Positions 15,470 through 23,442 of a DNA stretch of 46,043 bases are shown here, piece by piece. The position numbers were made by a program, and so were the translations under genes. A model generated the notes under the pieces. It saw only the letters and a program-made list of their open reading frames with translations, was not told where the DNA came from and searched no databases. Every line of letters starts with the position of its first letter. The stretch's first letter is position 1. The DNA lies in IMG/VR virus record IMGVR_UViG_3300025669_000006, one strand, 5' to 3'. Origin of the DNA: a virus.

Positions 15470-16246
15470 TTATTTGTCTCTCCTCTTTGGTAGACTTCTG
15501 TTGGACAACCACCACTCCCACATCTCTTCCCAAGAGTCGAAGCGCATTTTCATACTCCAATCGTCAGGGCGAGAGCTCCACAACCTGCGGAATGCACTAG
15601 CCCATGCGCGTTTATGTCCCGGCCACCGCACAAACTGTGCGTCGCGTCCGGCCTTTCGGGCCTGAGGGCATCCTATACATCCCAGGCGATCAAAGCCCTC
15701 GTCGTAGAGAGAGCAATATGGAGCGCTGTTGTCGCGGATAAACTCCCACACCCCCACCTGTGTCCAATGGAAGATGGGGTTGAGCACCAGTCCTCCACTT
15801 TTCCAGTGTGCCGACACCTCATCCCAGTCGCGTGCTCTGCGCCCCGATTCCTCGGCGCGGATCCCCATGAGCATTGACCGGCCATCTCGCGGATAACTGT
15901 GTTCTTTGAGTGCGGCACAGCACCAGCGCTGCTTGCGTGTAGGAAATCCCCTCTTAGGAAAGCTCTCGAAGAAGGACCGCTTCGGGCGCACAAACTCCAC
16001 ATCTGGGTGGTGCTGGCGGATAAACCTTGTCAACTCTGGTGGGTCTATACCTGTGGCGTTGTAATGCCAGTCTGCCTTGATTCCGCCCATGTCTGCCAAC
16101 GCCTTGATCACAACGGAGTCCTTGCCTCCCGAAAAACAGCCGTAGTAACCATCCTCAGGTTCGTACTCACGAAGCAGTGCGATAGCCTTCTCGACCTTCA
16201 TATTGTCTACCCTTTCCGTAGTGTCCGGCTCTTGCGTCCGGCTCAT
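15470..16246 (-). CDS. PAPS-reductase/PP-loop ATPase family protein (DndC/IbrA-like phage type)
   Basis: PP-loop CFSGGKDSVV, plus RWCC..LK and the C-terminal CIGCP cluster typical of phage PAPS-reductase-like proteins. Alternative start at ATG 16201. Confidence 0.8.
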   Translation of the reverse strand: MSRTQEPDTTERVDNMKVEKAIALLREYEPEDGYYGCFSGGKDSVVIKALADMGGIKADWHYNATGIDPPELTRFIRQHHPDVEFVRPKRSFFESFPKRGFPTRKQRWCCAALKEHSYPRDGRSMLMGIRAEESGRRARDWDEVSAHWKSGGLVLNPIFHWTQVGVWEFIRDNSAPYCSLYDEGFDRLGCIGCPQARKAGRDAQFVRWPGHKRAWASAFRRLWSSRPDDWSMKMRFDSWEEMWEWWLSNRSLPKRRDK

Positions 16247-16395
16247 GACCTATTCACTCAAACAGCCATAAGTTCTTTGGTGACACGGGCTTGCGCCAAA
16301 CCCGAAAAAATCGCAAAAGAGGTACTATTTTTCCGGCGCACTTCCCTCCCGAACCGGACGGATCGCGGGGTGTCCGGACGGAAAAGCCGTAGTCT

Positions 16396-16812
16396 TCAAG
16401 CATACGCCATTCCCTTCTCTTGCTGGCCCAACACGCGCCGCGTTATGACCAGCTCTCTGTATTCTGGTTTGTGTTCTTGCGCCGACCCGTCCAAGTGCCG
16501 ACATTCCCCGAAATTCCAATACCCAGGAGTCCCGAGTTTCGCATGAATCCCAAAACGCAACGGGCTGCCGATGGCTCCCAATTGGTCGTCTATGATCTTG
16601 CTTGCGGCGTTTATGAGATACCCGGGCTCGTCGAATTCCCACCACTTATCCTGATCGCAACGTAGCGCCTCTTCTGGAATCGCGTCCCAAATAAGCGCCG
16701 CCGGTTCTTTCATTCCCCATGTATATTCCAGCTCCTGAAGTGTGTCGATCAGTTGGTATGGGGTCTGTGTTGCGCCTGATATTTGACCTTGCAGGATGTC
16801 CTTCATTTTCAT
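16396..16812 (-). CDS. Hypothetical protein (138 aa)
   Basis: Start at ATG 16812 in an ATGA overlap with the upstream stop. The track's longer 196-aa N-terminus is R/G-rich and overlaps the neighbouring gene. Confidence 0.55.
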   Translation of the reverse strand: MKMKDILQGQISGATQTPYQLIDTLQELEYTWGMKEPAALIWDAIPEEALRCDQDKWWEFDEPGYLINAASKIIDDQLGAIGSPLRFGIHAKLGTPGYWNFGECRHLDGSAQEHKPEYRELVITRRVLGQQEKGMAYA

Positions 16813-17084
16813 GACCGGCCCTCTTCTTTGAACGCCTCGAACAGATCGGCCTGCCCTTCCTTCGCGCAAGCCACCCATGATGTCGAAGTCCGCAGTGAAA
16901 CTCTGCATACTTTGCGCGGACCAAACGCCGCGACCCCTTCCGCGAATAGAGAATACAGATACTGTGTTGCTTGGTACTTGTCGCAATCTCCGCCGATCTT
17001 GTCGGATATCTCGGCAGCCGTCAGAGGCTCCGCGCCTTTTCTAAGCATATCCAGAACCAATTGCTTCGTCTTGTCGCTTGCCAT
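16809..17084 (-). CDS. Small winged-helix DNA-binding protein candidate (91 aa)
   Basis: KQLVLDMLRKGAEPLTAAEISDKIG looks like a wHTH (MarR/Lrp style). Conserved leader precedes the ATG. Confidence 0.5.
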   Translation of the reverse strand: MASDKTKQLVLDMLRKGAEPLTAAEISDKIGGDCDKYQATQYLYSLFAEGVAAFGPRKVCRVSLRTSTSWVACAKEGQADLFEAFKEEGRS

Positions 17085-17198
17085 GTGCTTGTCTCCTTGT
17101 GGTTGGGTGCGGAGGTGTCCCGGATCGCCTTCGCGGCTGTGGGGTGTTCGGCGCGAAAAGGGTACGCCGTCCGGGATTCAGCCGTGGAACCCAAAGTC

Positions 17199-17462
17199 TT
17201 AGCGCTTGCGCGGGGGCTTAGCCTTCGGCGCGGTGCGCTTCTTCGCCGGCTTGGCTTTCGCCTTCGGAACGGGCCTCTGCTTACTCATGACTTTGGCCAG
17301 CGCCTTCTGCCTGCGCACTCCTTCGGCTTGCGCGGCTTTACTTCGTTTCTTGTCCGACCCTATCTGTTCCGCATCCTCCAGCGTCCGGAGGTCTGACTCT
17401 GCCTGGTACTGAGCTTCTGTTTTTGGCGTCACTTTGCGATCCTTTCGTTTCTTCGTTTTCAA
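17199..17462 (-). CDS. Highly basic small protein (87 aa)
   Basis: K/R/P/A-rich tail PVPKAKAKPAKKRTAPKAKPPRKR. Possible nucleic-acid binder. Confidence 0.5.
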   Translation of the reverse strand: MKTKKRKDRKVTPKTEAQYQAESDLRTLEDAEQIGSDKKRSKAAQAEGVRRQKALAKVMSKQRPVPKAKAKPAKKRTAPKAKPPRKR

Positions 17463-17531
17463 CCCACCTCATCTGCGCTCGTGTCCCGAGCCTTTGCTTG
17501 CTCTCTTTTGGCATGCGTATTCTACTGCATC

Positions 17532-19034
17532 CTAGTCGAAAATCAAACTCAAAAATTCGGGCGGGCTCAAGGTGTCTTGGGGATTGGCTCGGTCAGCTTC
17601 GATCCACACATGCACTTCTTCCATCTCTTCGGGGCTTAATGTTTCCAAATCCTTGAGCATGTCTGCTTCTTCGTGCGTGTTGAGCCACGACTGTAGATCA
17701 AGCCTATCGACGGTGTGTAGCGAAGTCAAGAGGCCCTCTGCGGTGTGCATAACGTCTTCGACCGGCGCCTCGGCAGCGGCGCCGTCCTCAGGCCCCTCGA
17801 CCGCGCCTTTAGTGGCTTCCGCTTCGTTGCACTTCTTGTCCAGTAGCGCAATGAAGGCCGGATCTTTCATCCATGCGGCCATGGTGTCTGAGTCCACGTC
17901 CAGATTACGGCCAATAGAATCAATGTCCAACACTTTGTCGAAGGCCGACATTTCGACCGCCGCTATCTGTAGGCTTGTGAGTCCTGCCTCCTCACTGTCC
18001 TCTGCCAGAAACGAAGGATCGTCTATGTCTTGCACTTCGCCCTGACGCTCCTCATGCAGGAGCTGACGCTGCTCTACGATCCGGTGTGTGTCCAAGCGCA
18101 CGACGCTGCGCATGTTGTCTGCGTATTGCGTAACCTCTAGGCACCTGACAAGTCGCTCATTCTTTCCGCAATCCGCGTAACGCGTGGCCGCGATAAGCTC
18201 GGTTTTCTTTTTCTCAATCTCGGCACCGAGTTCCTTTGCAATTGTCTTTTTCTCATACTCAAGCGCGTCCACTTCCTTCAAAATTCGGACAACGTCGTGA
18301 AGCGCATCCAGTTCTTCGGCCTCGGTGAGCGGTACAGGGAGGGTGCGCTCTTCGTACAGCACGCGGTCTCCGGCCTTGAGTTCAATTGCCGGCGACGGGC
18401 TTGTGGTTATCTCGCCGTCTCGCATGTCGAACGGCTCCTCCGGCTCCGTGTCGGTGCTCTGCTCTTGTTCTTCGGGCGCCTGCGCAGGCGCCTCGCTATC
18501 GCGGGCTGCGTCGATGTCGTTGTCTTCGATCAGCCCTTTCAGTTCGTCCGAGACCTGCCACAATCCCCGTGCGCCTTTCCATTCAGGCGCAGCTTTCAGT
18601 GGGTGCGGCGCACCCAGCCGCAAGTGCTTCATTCCTGCCACATCCCATGGCGAGCAATGGGATGCATCCGTGGCGATCAGCTCGGTATAGCCAAGGACAC
18701 AGCCTGCATACTTGTGGCTGGCCGTCGTGAGCCATGCGCGTTTTGCTGCAAGGGCGGCGTCGCCCTCTGCCTTTGTGGCTGTCTCAAAGTAGGCCGCATC
18801 CTCTTCCCACCTGTTGAGAATTTCTTCAATGTCGGCATCAAGCCAACCCTTCGCTGGCAGCGTCTTAGACGCGTGGATCACGAGCGGACCGGTGTAGTCG
18901 CCAAGCGACCGCGTGCGGTTCTCCGCGCTTTTAAACAGTCGGGGGGTGTCACTCGGATCAAGATCGATAATCGCAAGCGCCCAAGGCATCTTAACCGTGA
19001 TGCCTCTCCATTCGTTCGTCTCTTCGTTCGTCAT
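17532..19034 (-). CDS. ASCH (PUA-like) domain fusion protein (500 aa)
   Basis: N-terminus ITVKMPWALAII...KSAENRTRSLGDYTGPLVIHASK matches the ASCH pattern (PWA..I...EnR....G.l.IHa). It is followed by an acidic linker and an unassigned helical C-terminal half. Confidence 0.6.
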   Translation of the reverse strand: MTNEETNEWRGITVKMPWALAIIDLDPSDTPRLFKSAENRTRSLGDYTGPLVIHASKTLPAKGWLDADIEEILNRWEEDAAYFETATKAEGDAALAAKRAWLTTASHKYAGCVLGYTELIATDASHCSPWDVAGMKHLRLGAPHPLKAAPEWKGARGLWQVSDELKGLIEDNDIDAARDSEAPAQAPEEQEQSTDTEPEEPFDMRDGEITTSPSPAIELKAGDRVLYEERTLPVPLTEAEELDALHDVVRILKEVDALEYEKKTIAKELGAEIEKKKTELIAATRYADCGKNERLVRCLEVTQYADNMRSVVRLDTHRIVEQRQLLHEERQGEVQDIDDPSFLAEDSEEAGLTSLQIAAVEMSAFDKVLDIDSIGRNLDVDSDTMAAWMKDPAFIALLDKKCNEAEATKGAVEGPEDGAAAEAPVEDVMHTAEGLLTSLHTVDRLDLQSWLNTHEEADMLKDLETLSPEEMEEVHVWIEADRANPQDTLSPPEFLSLIFD

Positions 19035-19051
19035 AGTCGTTCCTTCCGTTG

Positions 19052-19447
19052 TTATTTCATTGCGTCTTGTTCAAGTGGCATGACGTTCACTGCGCGTATT
19101 GCCAGTAGCTGAGCTGGATTCTTTGCAGTCATGCCTTCGAAGCGATGGTCTATGTTCTCCAAAGTCCCGATCACGACGACCGGATCTCCTTTCTTGATGT
19201 TGGCCTCGACGAACTCCGCAACACGTCCATGCGCCGTCACCCGCATGTAGGTTGACTTCTGTCGCTGTTCGCCCTGTGCCGTCTTGTACGTCGAGTTCAC
19301 CGCGATCCTCAAATTCGCCACAGCCTGCCCTGCCGCAGTCATGGCCATGTCCGGATCCCTCACAAGGCGCGCTGCCACCCTGGCCTCATTCAGACGCGGC
19401 ATTCTCAGAATGCGATCACTTGGCGGCGGTAGTCTTCCGTCGTCCAT
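19052..19447 (-). CDS. ssb: Single-stranded DNA-binding protein
   Basis: OB-fold SSB pattern: LNEARVAARLVRDPDMAMTAAGQAVANLRIAVN...YMRVTAHGRVAEFVEANIKKGDPVVVIGTL. TAATG coupling to the ATPase gene. Alternative start at ATG 19402. Confidence 0.75.
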   Translation of the reverse strand: MDDGRLPPPSDRILRMPRLNEARVAARLVRDPDMAMTAAGQAVANLRIAVNSTYKTAQGEQRQKSTYMRVTAHGRVAEFVEANIKKGDPVVVIGTLENIDHRFEGMTAKNPAQLLAIRAVNVMPLEQDAMK

Positions 19448-20916
19448 TACTTGCGGCCCTTCTTTGCTTGCTTCGAAGCAATGATTGTCTGTGGTTCAAC
19501 ATGCTTGCCGTCGATTGCCACTACAGCCCCGTCCTGCATAACGATCCCGACATCCCCGGATTCGTCCACAATCTCCAGAACAAGCTGCAAGTCCGCAGCG
19601 TAGGCCATGTCTTGAATGGCTAGGAGAGATTCGGAGTCCAGTAGGTTGGCGCGTTGAATCCACATGGCTTTGAACGCGTGGTTCTTCGCGATCAGAATCG
19701 GCACGGTGAGCAAGATCTTCTCCGAGTCTGAGCACTCGGAGAACGGCGATCCGTTGTACCTACAGAACCCCGCATCGAAGTCGAACTCCAGCGCATCGGG
19801 AAGCTCTGAGTCCGCGACTATCACAGCCCTCTGTTTCTTGATGTCCTCCAGATCTTGCGTGCATATCTCGGATTCGTTGCCCTTCCTTTGGGCCTCATCG
19901 AGCATCGCTTCGCGTCGCGCATGATTCGCAGCGCGTTCGTTTGTTGCTTCCGCGCTCTTGATGTCCCCGCGCAATCCGCGCGCCTTCTCTTTGAGATCGC
20001 CTCGCACGTCCTCTCCCAAGACATAGCTCTGTATTTCCTTGACCTCTTTCGTGAGGGATTCGTTCTGTTCGAGGAGTGCCGCAATCTTGTCATTGTGATC
20101 TTTAATCTGTTTCCTGTGATAGCCGATTGAAAGGGTCTTCTGCTCGATGGCATCGCTCGCGACACGCGCGTCTTCTTCGGCCTGGTCTGATTGTGCAATC
20201 TTTTCCTCCATCTCCTCCATGACACGCAGCGTGTCGGCCACGTCTATCCGCGATGGTACATCGCCGGTCTCTTGCGGTAGTTCGCTGATCGCCCCGTCCA
20301 GTTTCTTCTTCTCCACGTTGATCGCGGTCCGCTTTGCGAACGTCATGTCGTACGCTTGCTCCAGCGCCTTGATTTCATCACTGCGCCCCGTCAGGCTCAA
20401 CAGCTCCTCCATGACCTTGGCGTCGGCCATCGTAACAATACGCGTCGGGTCAAATGCCGACCGCGTGCTCAGCGCATCAAGCACGTCCTGTGGTCTCTTG
20501 TAGGCAGTGTTCCCATCCACGGATCGGACTGTAAGCTCATGGCTTGTCTTGGTCATCACACGTCGAACAATCAGATCATCATCGCTTGGCTGATCTGGAT
20601 CTCCGAGCCGACCCTCCAAGACTGTTTGCTCGGTCCCTCGCTTACACGGGCTCTCTTTGGTTTGGTTGTAGCCCCGCGCGCCAGAAATCAAGAACCACAT
20701 CGCGTTTCCGAGGCTCGTTTTTCCTTCCTTGTTCTTGCCACAGATTTGCACTAGGTTGCGGTCCAGATGAATATCGACAGTGTTGATCTTCATGAAATTA
20801 CTGACATGAAGCTCCGTAACCCTGAGCCCCGATTCTCCGGCTTCAGGCACGTCGGCCTGAGCCTTCTGCGCGGCTTGCGCCGCCGCTTCCTTGAGTATGT
20901 CTTTCGTTGTTGTCAT
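19447..20916 (-). CDS. SMC/SbcC/RecF-like AAA ATPase (recombination-associated), 489 aa
   Basis: LHVSNFMKI...ICGKNKEGKTSLGNAM (Walker A), a long coiled-coil middle, and C-terminal LQLVLEIVDESG (Walker B-like). Start at ATG 20916, preceded by the conserved leader. Confidence 0.75.
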   Translation of the reverse strand: MTTTKDILKEAAAQAAQKAQADVPEAGESGLRVTELHVSNFMKINTVDIHLDRNLVQICGKNKEGKTSLGNAMWFLISGARGYNQTKESPCKRGTEQTVLEGRLGDPDQPSDDDLIVRRVMTKTSHELTVRSVDGNTAYKRPQDVLDALSTRSAFDPTRIVTMADAKVMEELLSLTGRSDEIKALEQAYDMTFAKRTAINVEKKKLDGAISELPQETGDVPSRIDVADTLRVMEEMEEKIAQSDQAEEDARVASDAIEQKTLSIGYHRKQIKDHNDKIAALLEQNESLTKEVKEIQSYVLGEDVRGDLKEKARGLRGDIKSAEATNERAANHARREAMLDEAQRKGNESEICTQDLEDIKKQRAVIVADSELPDALEFDFDAGFCRYNGSPFSECSDSEKILLTVPILIAKNHAFKAMWIQRANLLDSESLLAIQDMAYAADLQLVLEIVDESGDVGIVMQDGAVVAIDGKHVEPQTIIASKQAKKGRK

Positions 20917-20935
20917 TTGCTTGTCCCTTGTTCGT

Positions 20936-21262
20936 TCAGTCACCCAATACAGAGCCAGCAGCGACATTGCGCCGCCGGCAAACGATAAACCATTCCTTAA
21001 GCCGTGGCTCGTCTCTCATAATCAATCTGGCATACAGCGGGCAGTAAACATTTGGCATGTGGCACTGTGCGCCGCGCAGCACGCGCACTAGCTCGTATGG
21101 CAGCCGCACTCCGCACTTCAATACACCGCGGTCCTTGAGTCTCAGCGCCTCTTTCACAATGCCTGCGTAGACCTCCGGATGCGCTGCGTGAAACGCGAAG
21201 AATTTGCGCTCAAGCGGGTCTGTGGAGTCTTTGTCCATGCCGGGAAGGTGTGCTTGTCCCAT
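20936..21262 (-). CDS. Hypothetical protein (108 aa)
   Basis: First gene after promoter 21286-21312. The start region AUGGGACAAGCAC is complementary to the candidate sRNA loop. Confidence 0.55.
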   Translation of the reverse strand: MGQAHLPGMDKDSTDPLERKFFAFHAAHPEVYAGIVKEALRLKDRGVLKCGVRLPYELVRVLRGAQCHMPNVYCPLYARLIMRDEPRLKEWFIVCRRRNVAAGSVLGD

Positions 21263-21285
21263 TTGCTTGCCCTTTCATTTTCGAC

Positions 21286-21312
21286 ACTATACCATTCGTC
21301 TTGAATTGTCAA
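21286..21312 (-). promoter_or_regulatory. Sigma70-like promoter with extended -10
   Basis: Minus strand reads TTGACA (21312-21307), a 15-nt spacer, then TGgTATAGT (21294-21286). It lies 24 nt upstream of ATG 21262. Confidence 0.55.
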
Positions 21313-21315
21313 GTG

Positions 21316-21729
21316 CTACTTTGCGCGTTCCGCCGCAACCCTGAGATCCGAAGGCGGGCCGCCTGGCAACCCGGCCAGAAGATCGCAGAAAGCCTCCTCC
21401 GTGCTCATCCGCGCCGGAACATGTCCATGCTTATCCATCCCAAGGGTGTGGTCTAAATTCCTTCTAATCGCCTGGTCTGAAACGGCATCCAATCTGCCAC
21501 GAAACCAAGCCAACGAAAGCGTTGACTCCATCGTGTATGAACTCGGAAGTTTTGAACCATTCCAAAGGGATTTGTACCCTTGCCAATACTCCGAATACTT
21601 CGGTCTGCCACACTTCAGCTGCATCGCTATTGAAGCCTTTAGCGCGCAGAAGATAGCGCTGCAAAGAATCCCGAGCGCGACGCCCACGCCCATCTGATTC
21701 GCCTCTATGAACTCCTTCAAATACTCCAT
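21316..21729 (-). CDS. Membrane protein, hypothetical (137 aa)
   Basis: N-terminal TM segment MGVGVALGILCSAIFCALKASIA. GGAG RBS. Confidence 0.55.
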   Translation of the reverse strand: MEYLKEFIEANQMGVGVALGILCSAIFCALKASIAMQLKCGRPKYSEYWQGYKSLWNGSKLPSSYTMESTLSLAWFRGRLDAVSDQAIRRNLDHTLGMDKHGHVPARMSTEEAFCDLLAGLPGGPPSDLRVAAERAK

Positions 21730-21752
21730 TCTGTGCTCCTTTATTTTGTCGC

Positions 21753-21781
21753 TTGACGCTTGATACTTGCAATGCTATGAT
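21753..21781 (+). promoter_or_regulatory. Sigma70-like promoter on the plus strand (the only convincing plus-strand signal in the genome)
   Basis: TTGACG (21753-21758), a 17-nt spacer, then TATGAT (21776-21781). Confidence 0.6.
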
Positions 21782-21787
21782 CTTGAT

Positions 21788-21870
21788 TCGCCCTTAGTTC
21801 GTGCTTGTCCTGAGGGCTTTTCGAATCGCCGCCATCTGGTCTCCCCGACCATGGCGGCGATTCTCTTTTT
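21788..21870 (+). ncRNA. Candidate ~83-nt small RNA (promoter to intrinsic terminator), two hairpins
   Basis: Hairpin 1: 21790-21797 pairs with 21810-21817 (8 bp, one G-U), with a 12-nt loop uucgugcuuguc. Hairpin 2 is the terminator. No ORF. Bounded by promoter 21753-21781 and the U-tract. Confidence 0.5.
21823..21870 (+). terminator. Rho-independent terminator (plus strand only)
   Basis: Perfect 13-bp stem: gaatcgccgccat (21823-21835) with atggcggcgattc (21851-21863). It is followed by tcttttt. On the minus strand the hairpin is followed by gaaaag, so there is no U-tract in that direction. Confidence 0.7.
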
Positions 21871-21889
21871 GCCCTCTTAGTTCCGGATT

Positions 21890-21926
21890 CTCTACTATAG
21901 ATCTAATTAGATCTATCGTAGTAGAG
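21890..21926. repeat. Large palindrome (candidate operator or origin element)
   Basis: Perfect 18-bp palindrome tagatctaattagatcta (21898-21915), flanked by ctctacta and tagtagag arms with a 3-nt bulge. Contains two GATC / AGATCT sites. Confidence 0.85.
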
Positions 21927-21938
21927 AGGTGCAAAATC

Positions 21939-22071
21939 AGTGGATAACCGATCTAAGTGTCGTGTCTTCAACTGTTTAGGCCTGTTGATAACTTGTGGAT
22001 AGAATGTTTAGAACGTCTCAATGCAAATTTCAGCTTCGAGTTATCAACAAGTTTTCCACCGGTTATCAACA
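21939..22071. promoter_or_regulatory. Cluster of five DnaA-box-like 9-mers (candidate replication origin or DnaA-responsive region)
   Basis: Each box matches TTATCCACA at 8 of 9 positions. 21939-21947 (rc TTATCCACT). 21983-21991 (rc TTATCAACA). 21994-22002 (rc CTATCCACA). 22041-22049 (TTATCAACA). 22063-22071 (TTATCAACA). Confidence 0.5.
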
Positions 22072-22605
22072 CCCTGTTTTCTTACTCCCTGCCGTTCCTG
22101 GAGGCCGTAATAGCGCCTCCAAGGCGGCATGCATTTCATCTGTCGTAATAGGCCCCTGTGTCTTTGTGGGGTGGGGCTCGGGCGCACTGTCAAGCGTTGC
22201 CACGCGCTGCATCGTGGCACGAAGCTGGTCGTCCATTCGGGCGCGCAGCGGCTCTTGCGTTGCGCATGACGCCTCCAGTCGCCGCATCCTATCTGCCATC
22301 ACTTCAACGCCTATCGTGTTGCGTCCAACCTGCTCACATAGCACAGTTACCGTCGAAGAAGCCACGCAACGCGATAGTTCTAGTTTCCGAATCCTGGCGT
22401 CGATGTCTTTACTTAGCTTATCGGCATTGCTCTCTAGGGAGTTGATTCTAACGAAGATTGACTTGATCTGGGAGGTATGGAGCCGCTGTATCTTTTCGCT
22501 TAGTGTGTATGCCAGTATCAAGCCATCGATCCTGGCGTCGATGTCTTTCCACCCGATCCACTTCTTTGCTCGGTTCCAAATTGACTTCTTGTTTTTCTTC
22601 ATCAT
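22066..22605 (-). CDS. Coiled-coil protein, hypothetical (179 aa)
   Basis: Start at ATG 22605, just after the upstream stop. Internal duplicated KDIDARI(D/R) encoded by a ~20-bp direct repeat at about 22391-22412 and 22528-22550. Confidence 0.55.
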   Translation of the reverse strand: MMKKNKKSIWNRAKKWIGWKDIDARIDGLILAYTLSEKIQRLHTSQIKSIFVRINSLESNADKLSKDIDARIRKLELSRCVASSTVTVLCEQVGRNTIGVEVMADRMRRLEASCATQEPLRARMDDQLRATMQRVATLDSAPEPHPTKTQGPITTDEMHAALEALLRPPGTAGSKKTGC

Positions 22606-22606
22606 G

Positions 22607-22918
22607 CTACCTGTGCCCCTTTCTTTGGCCTGACGCCTTGTGGGTGAGATTTGCCAACACCCACTCTTCTCCGACATCTTCACCTAAAGGGTAAATCTTC
22701 AGGAGGGTGGCGCGCTCAAGCTCCCGGAGCGCGGCCCGGGTGGCAGATGGTCCGTCAAGAGACGCGTCCACAATATCCTTGATGCTTGTGTTTCCTTGCA
22801 GCGAAAGTCCCAGCAGGGTCATGTATAAACCCTTCGCCTTCATACTCAAGGACGGATCTGTCATTGCCTCCAGGCGCGCTCCAATACGTTGCTGCGTCGT
22901 TTTTATCTGTATCTTCAT
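22607..22918 (-). CDS. Winged-helix DNA-binding protein (HTH_36 / replisome-organizer-N-like), 103 aa
   Basis: LSMKAKGLYMTLLGLS......SIKDIVDAS.DGPSATRAALRELERATLL fits the pattern ls..AKglY..L.....s...i......s...v..al.eLe..gli. Confidence 0.5.
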   Translation of the reverse strand: MKIQIKTTQQRIGARLEAMTDPSLSMKAKGLYMTLLGLSLQGNTSIKDIVDASLDGPSATRAALRELERATLLKIYPLGEDVGEEWVLANLTHKASGQRKGHR

Positions 22919-23442
22919 ATTGTCTTCCTCCGTTTGACTCTCCGTTCAATTGCCAGAGCAATCCGCTTTATGCGGATCGCCACATGGTCTCTATTCTGAT
23001 CGCTCCACCTACGTCTGAAAATATGGTCTACCGTCCTTAGGTCGTTTTTCCAAATGATATTTTCAAGCGCATCGATTGTTCCTTTGCCGAGATTGTCCGA
23101 GTCCGCGTTCATCGGGTATGGGTGCAGAGATGATTTGCGTGCGTAGTAGAAAACAACCTCGACCTCCCAGTAGTCAAGCCATGGACCAGGCCCGCAACCC
23201 AGCTCTCGAAGCCGCAGGATGGCTTCCTGGGCCACGAACTCCTTGAACTCCTTGCACTTATCCGTGTCGTGTCGCCCACCCTGCGCTGAATTGTCGGCGC
23301 GGGCCTGTGGCACTCCGGACGTCCTAACGTCTATCGTAAATTCCGATGGCGTGATCGTGTCGAGCCGCGCAGCAGGCTTAAGCGTCTTTGCACGTGAGGT
23401 GCGTAGCGCAGCCCTCGGTTTCTGGCCTCTCGGGTAGCTCAT
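22915..23442 (-). CDS. rusA: RusA-like Holliday-junction resolvase
   Basis: ADSDNLGKGTIDALENIIWKNDLRTV matches the RusA core D.DN..K...Da l......DD..v. ATGA-type coupling on both sides. Confidence 0.7.
   Translation of the reverse strand: MSYPRGQKPRAALRTSRAKTLKPAARLDTITPSEFTIDVRTSGVPQARADNSAQGGRHDTDKCKEFKEFVAQEAILRLRELGCGPGPWLDYWEVEVVFYYARKSSLHPYPMNADSDNLGKGTIDALENIIWKNDLRTVDHIFRRRWSDQNRDHVAIRIKRIALAIERRVKRRKTI

Noticed and set aside
16247-16395. Intergenic region upstream of the PAPS-reductase-like gene, with a direct 9-mer repeat (tccgtccgg twice) and short stems, as a possible promoter or terminator.
   Set aside because: There is no acceptable -35/-10 pair and no stem-plus-U-tract combination. 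It is left unannotated.
21788-21870. Possible tRNA, because the length is about 76-83 nt and a TTCGAAT string (21820-21826) resembles a T-loop.
   Set aside because: No cloverleaf can be drawn. The 13-bp hairpin with a 15-nt loop and U-tract is a terminator, and there is no acceptor-stem pairing or anticodon arm. It is kept as an sRNA candidate instead.
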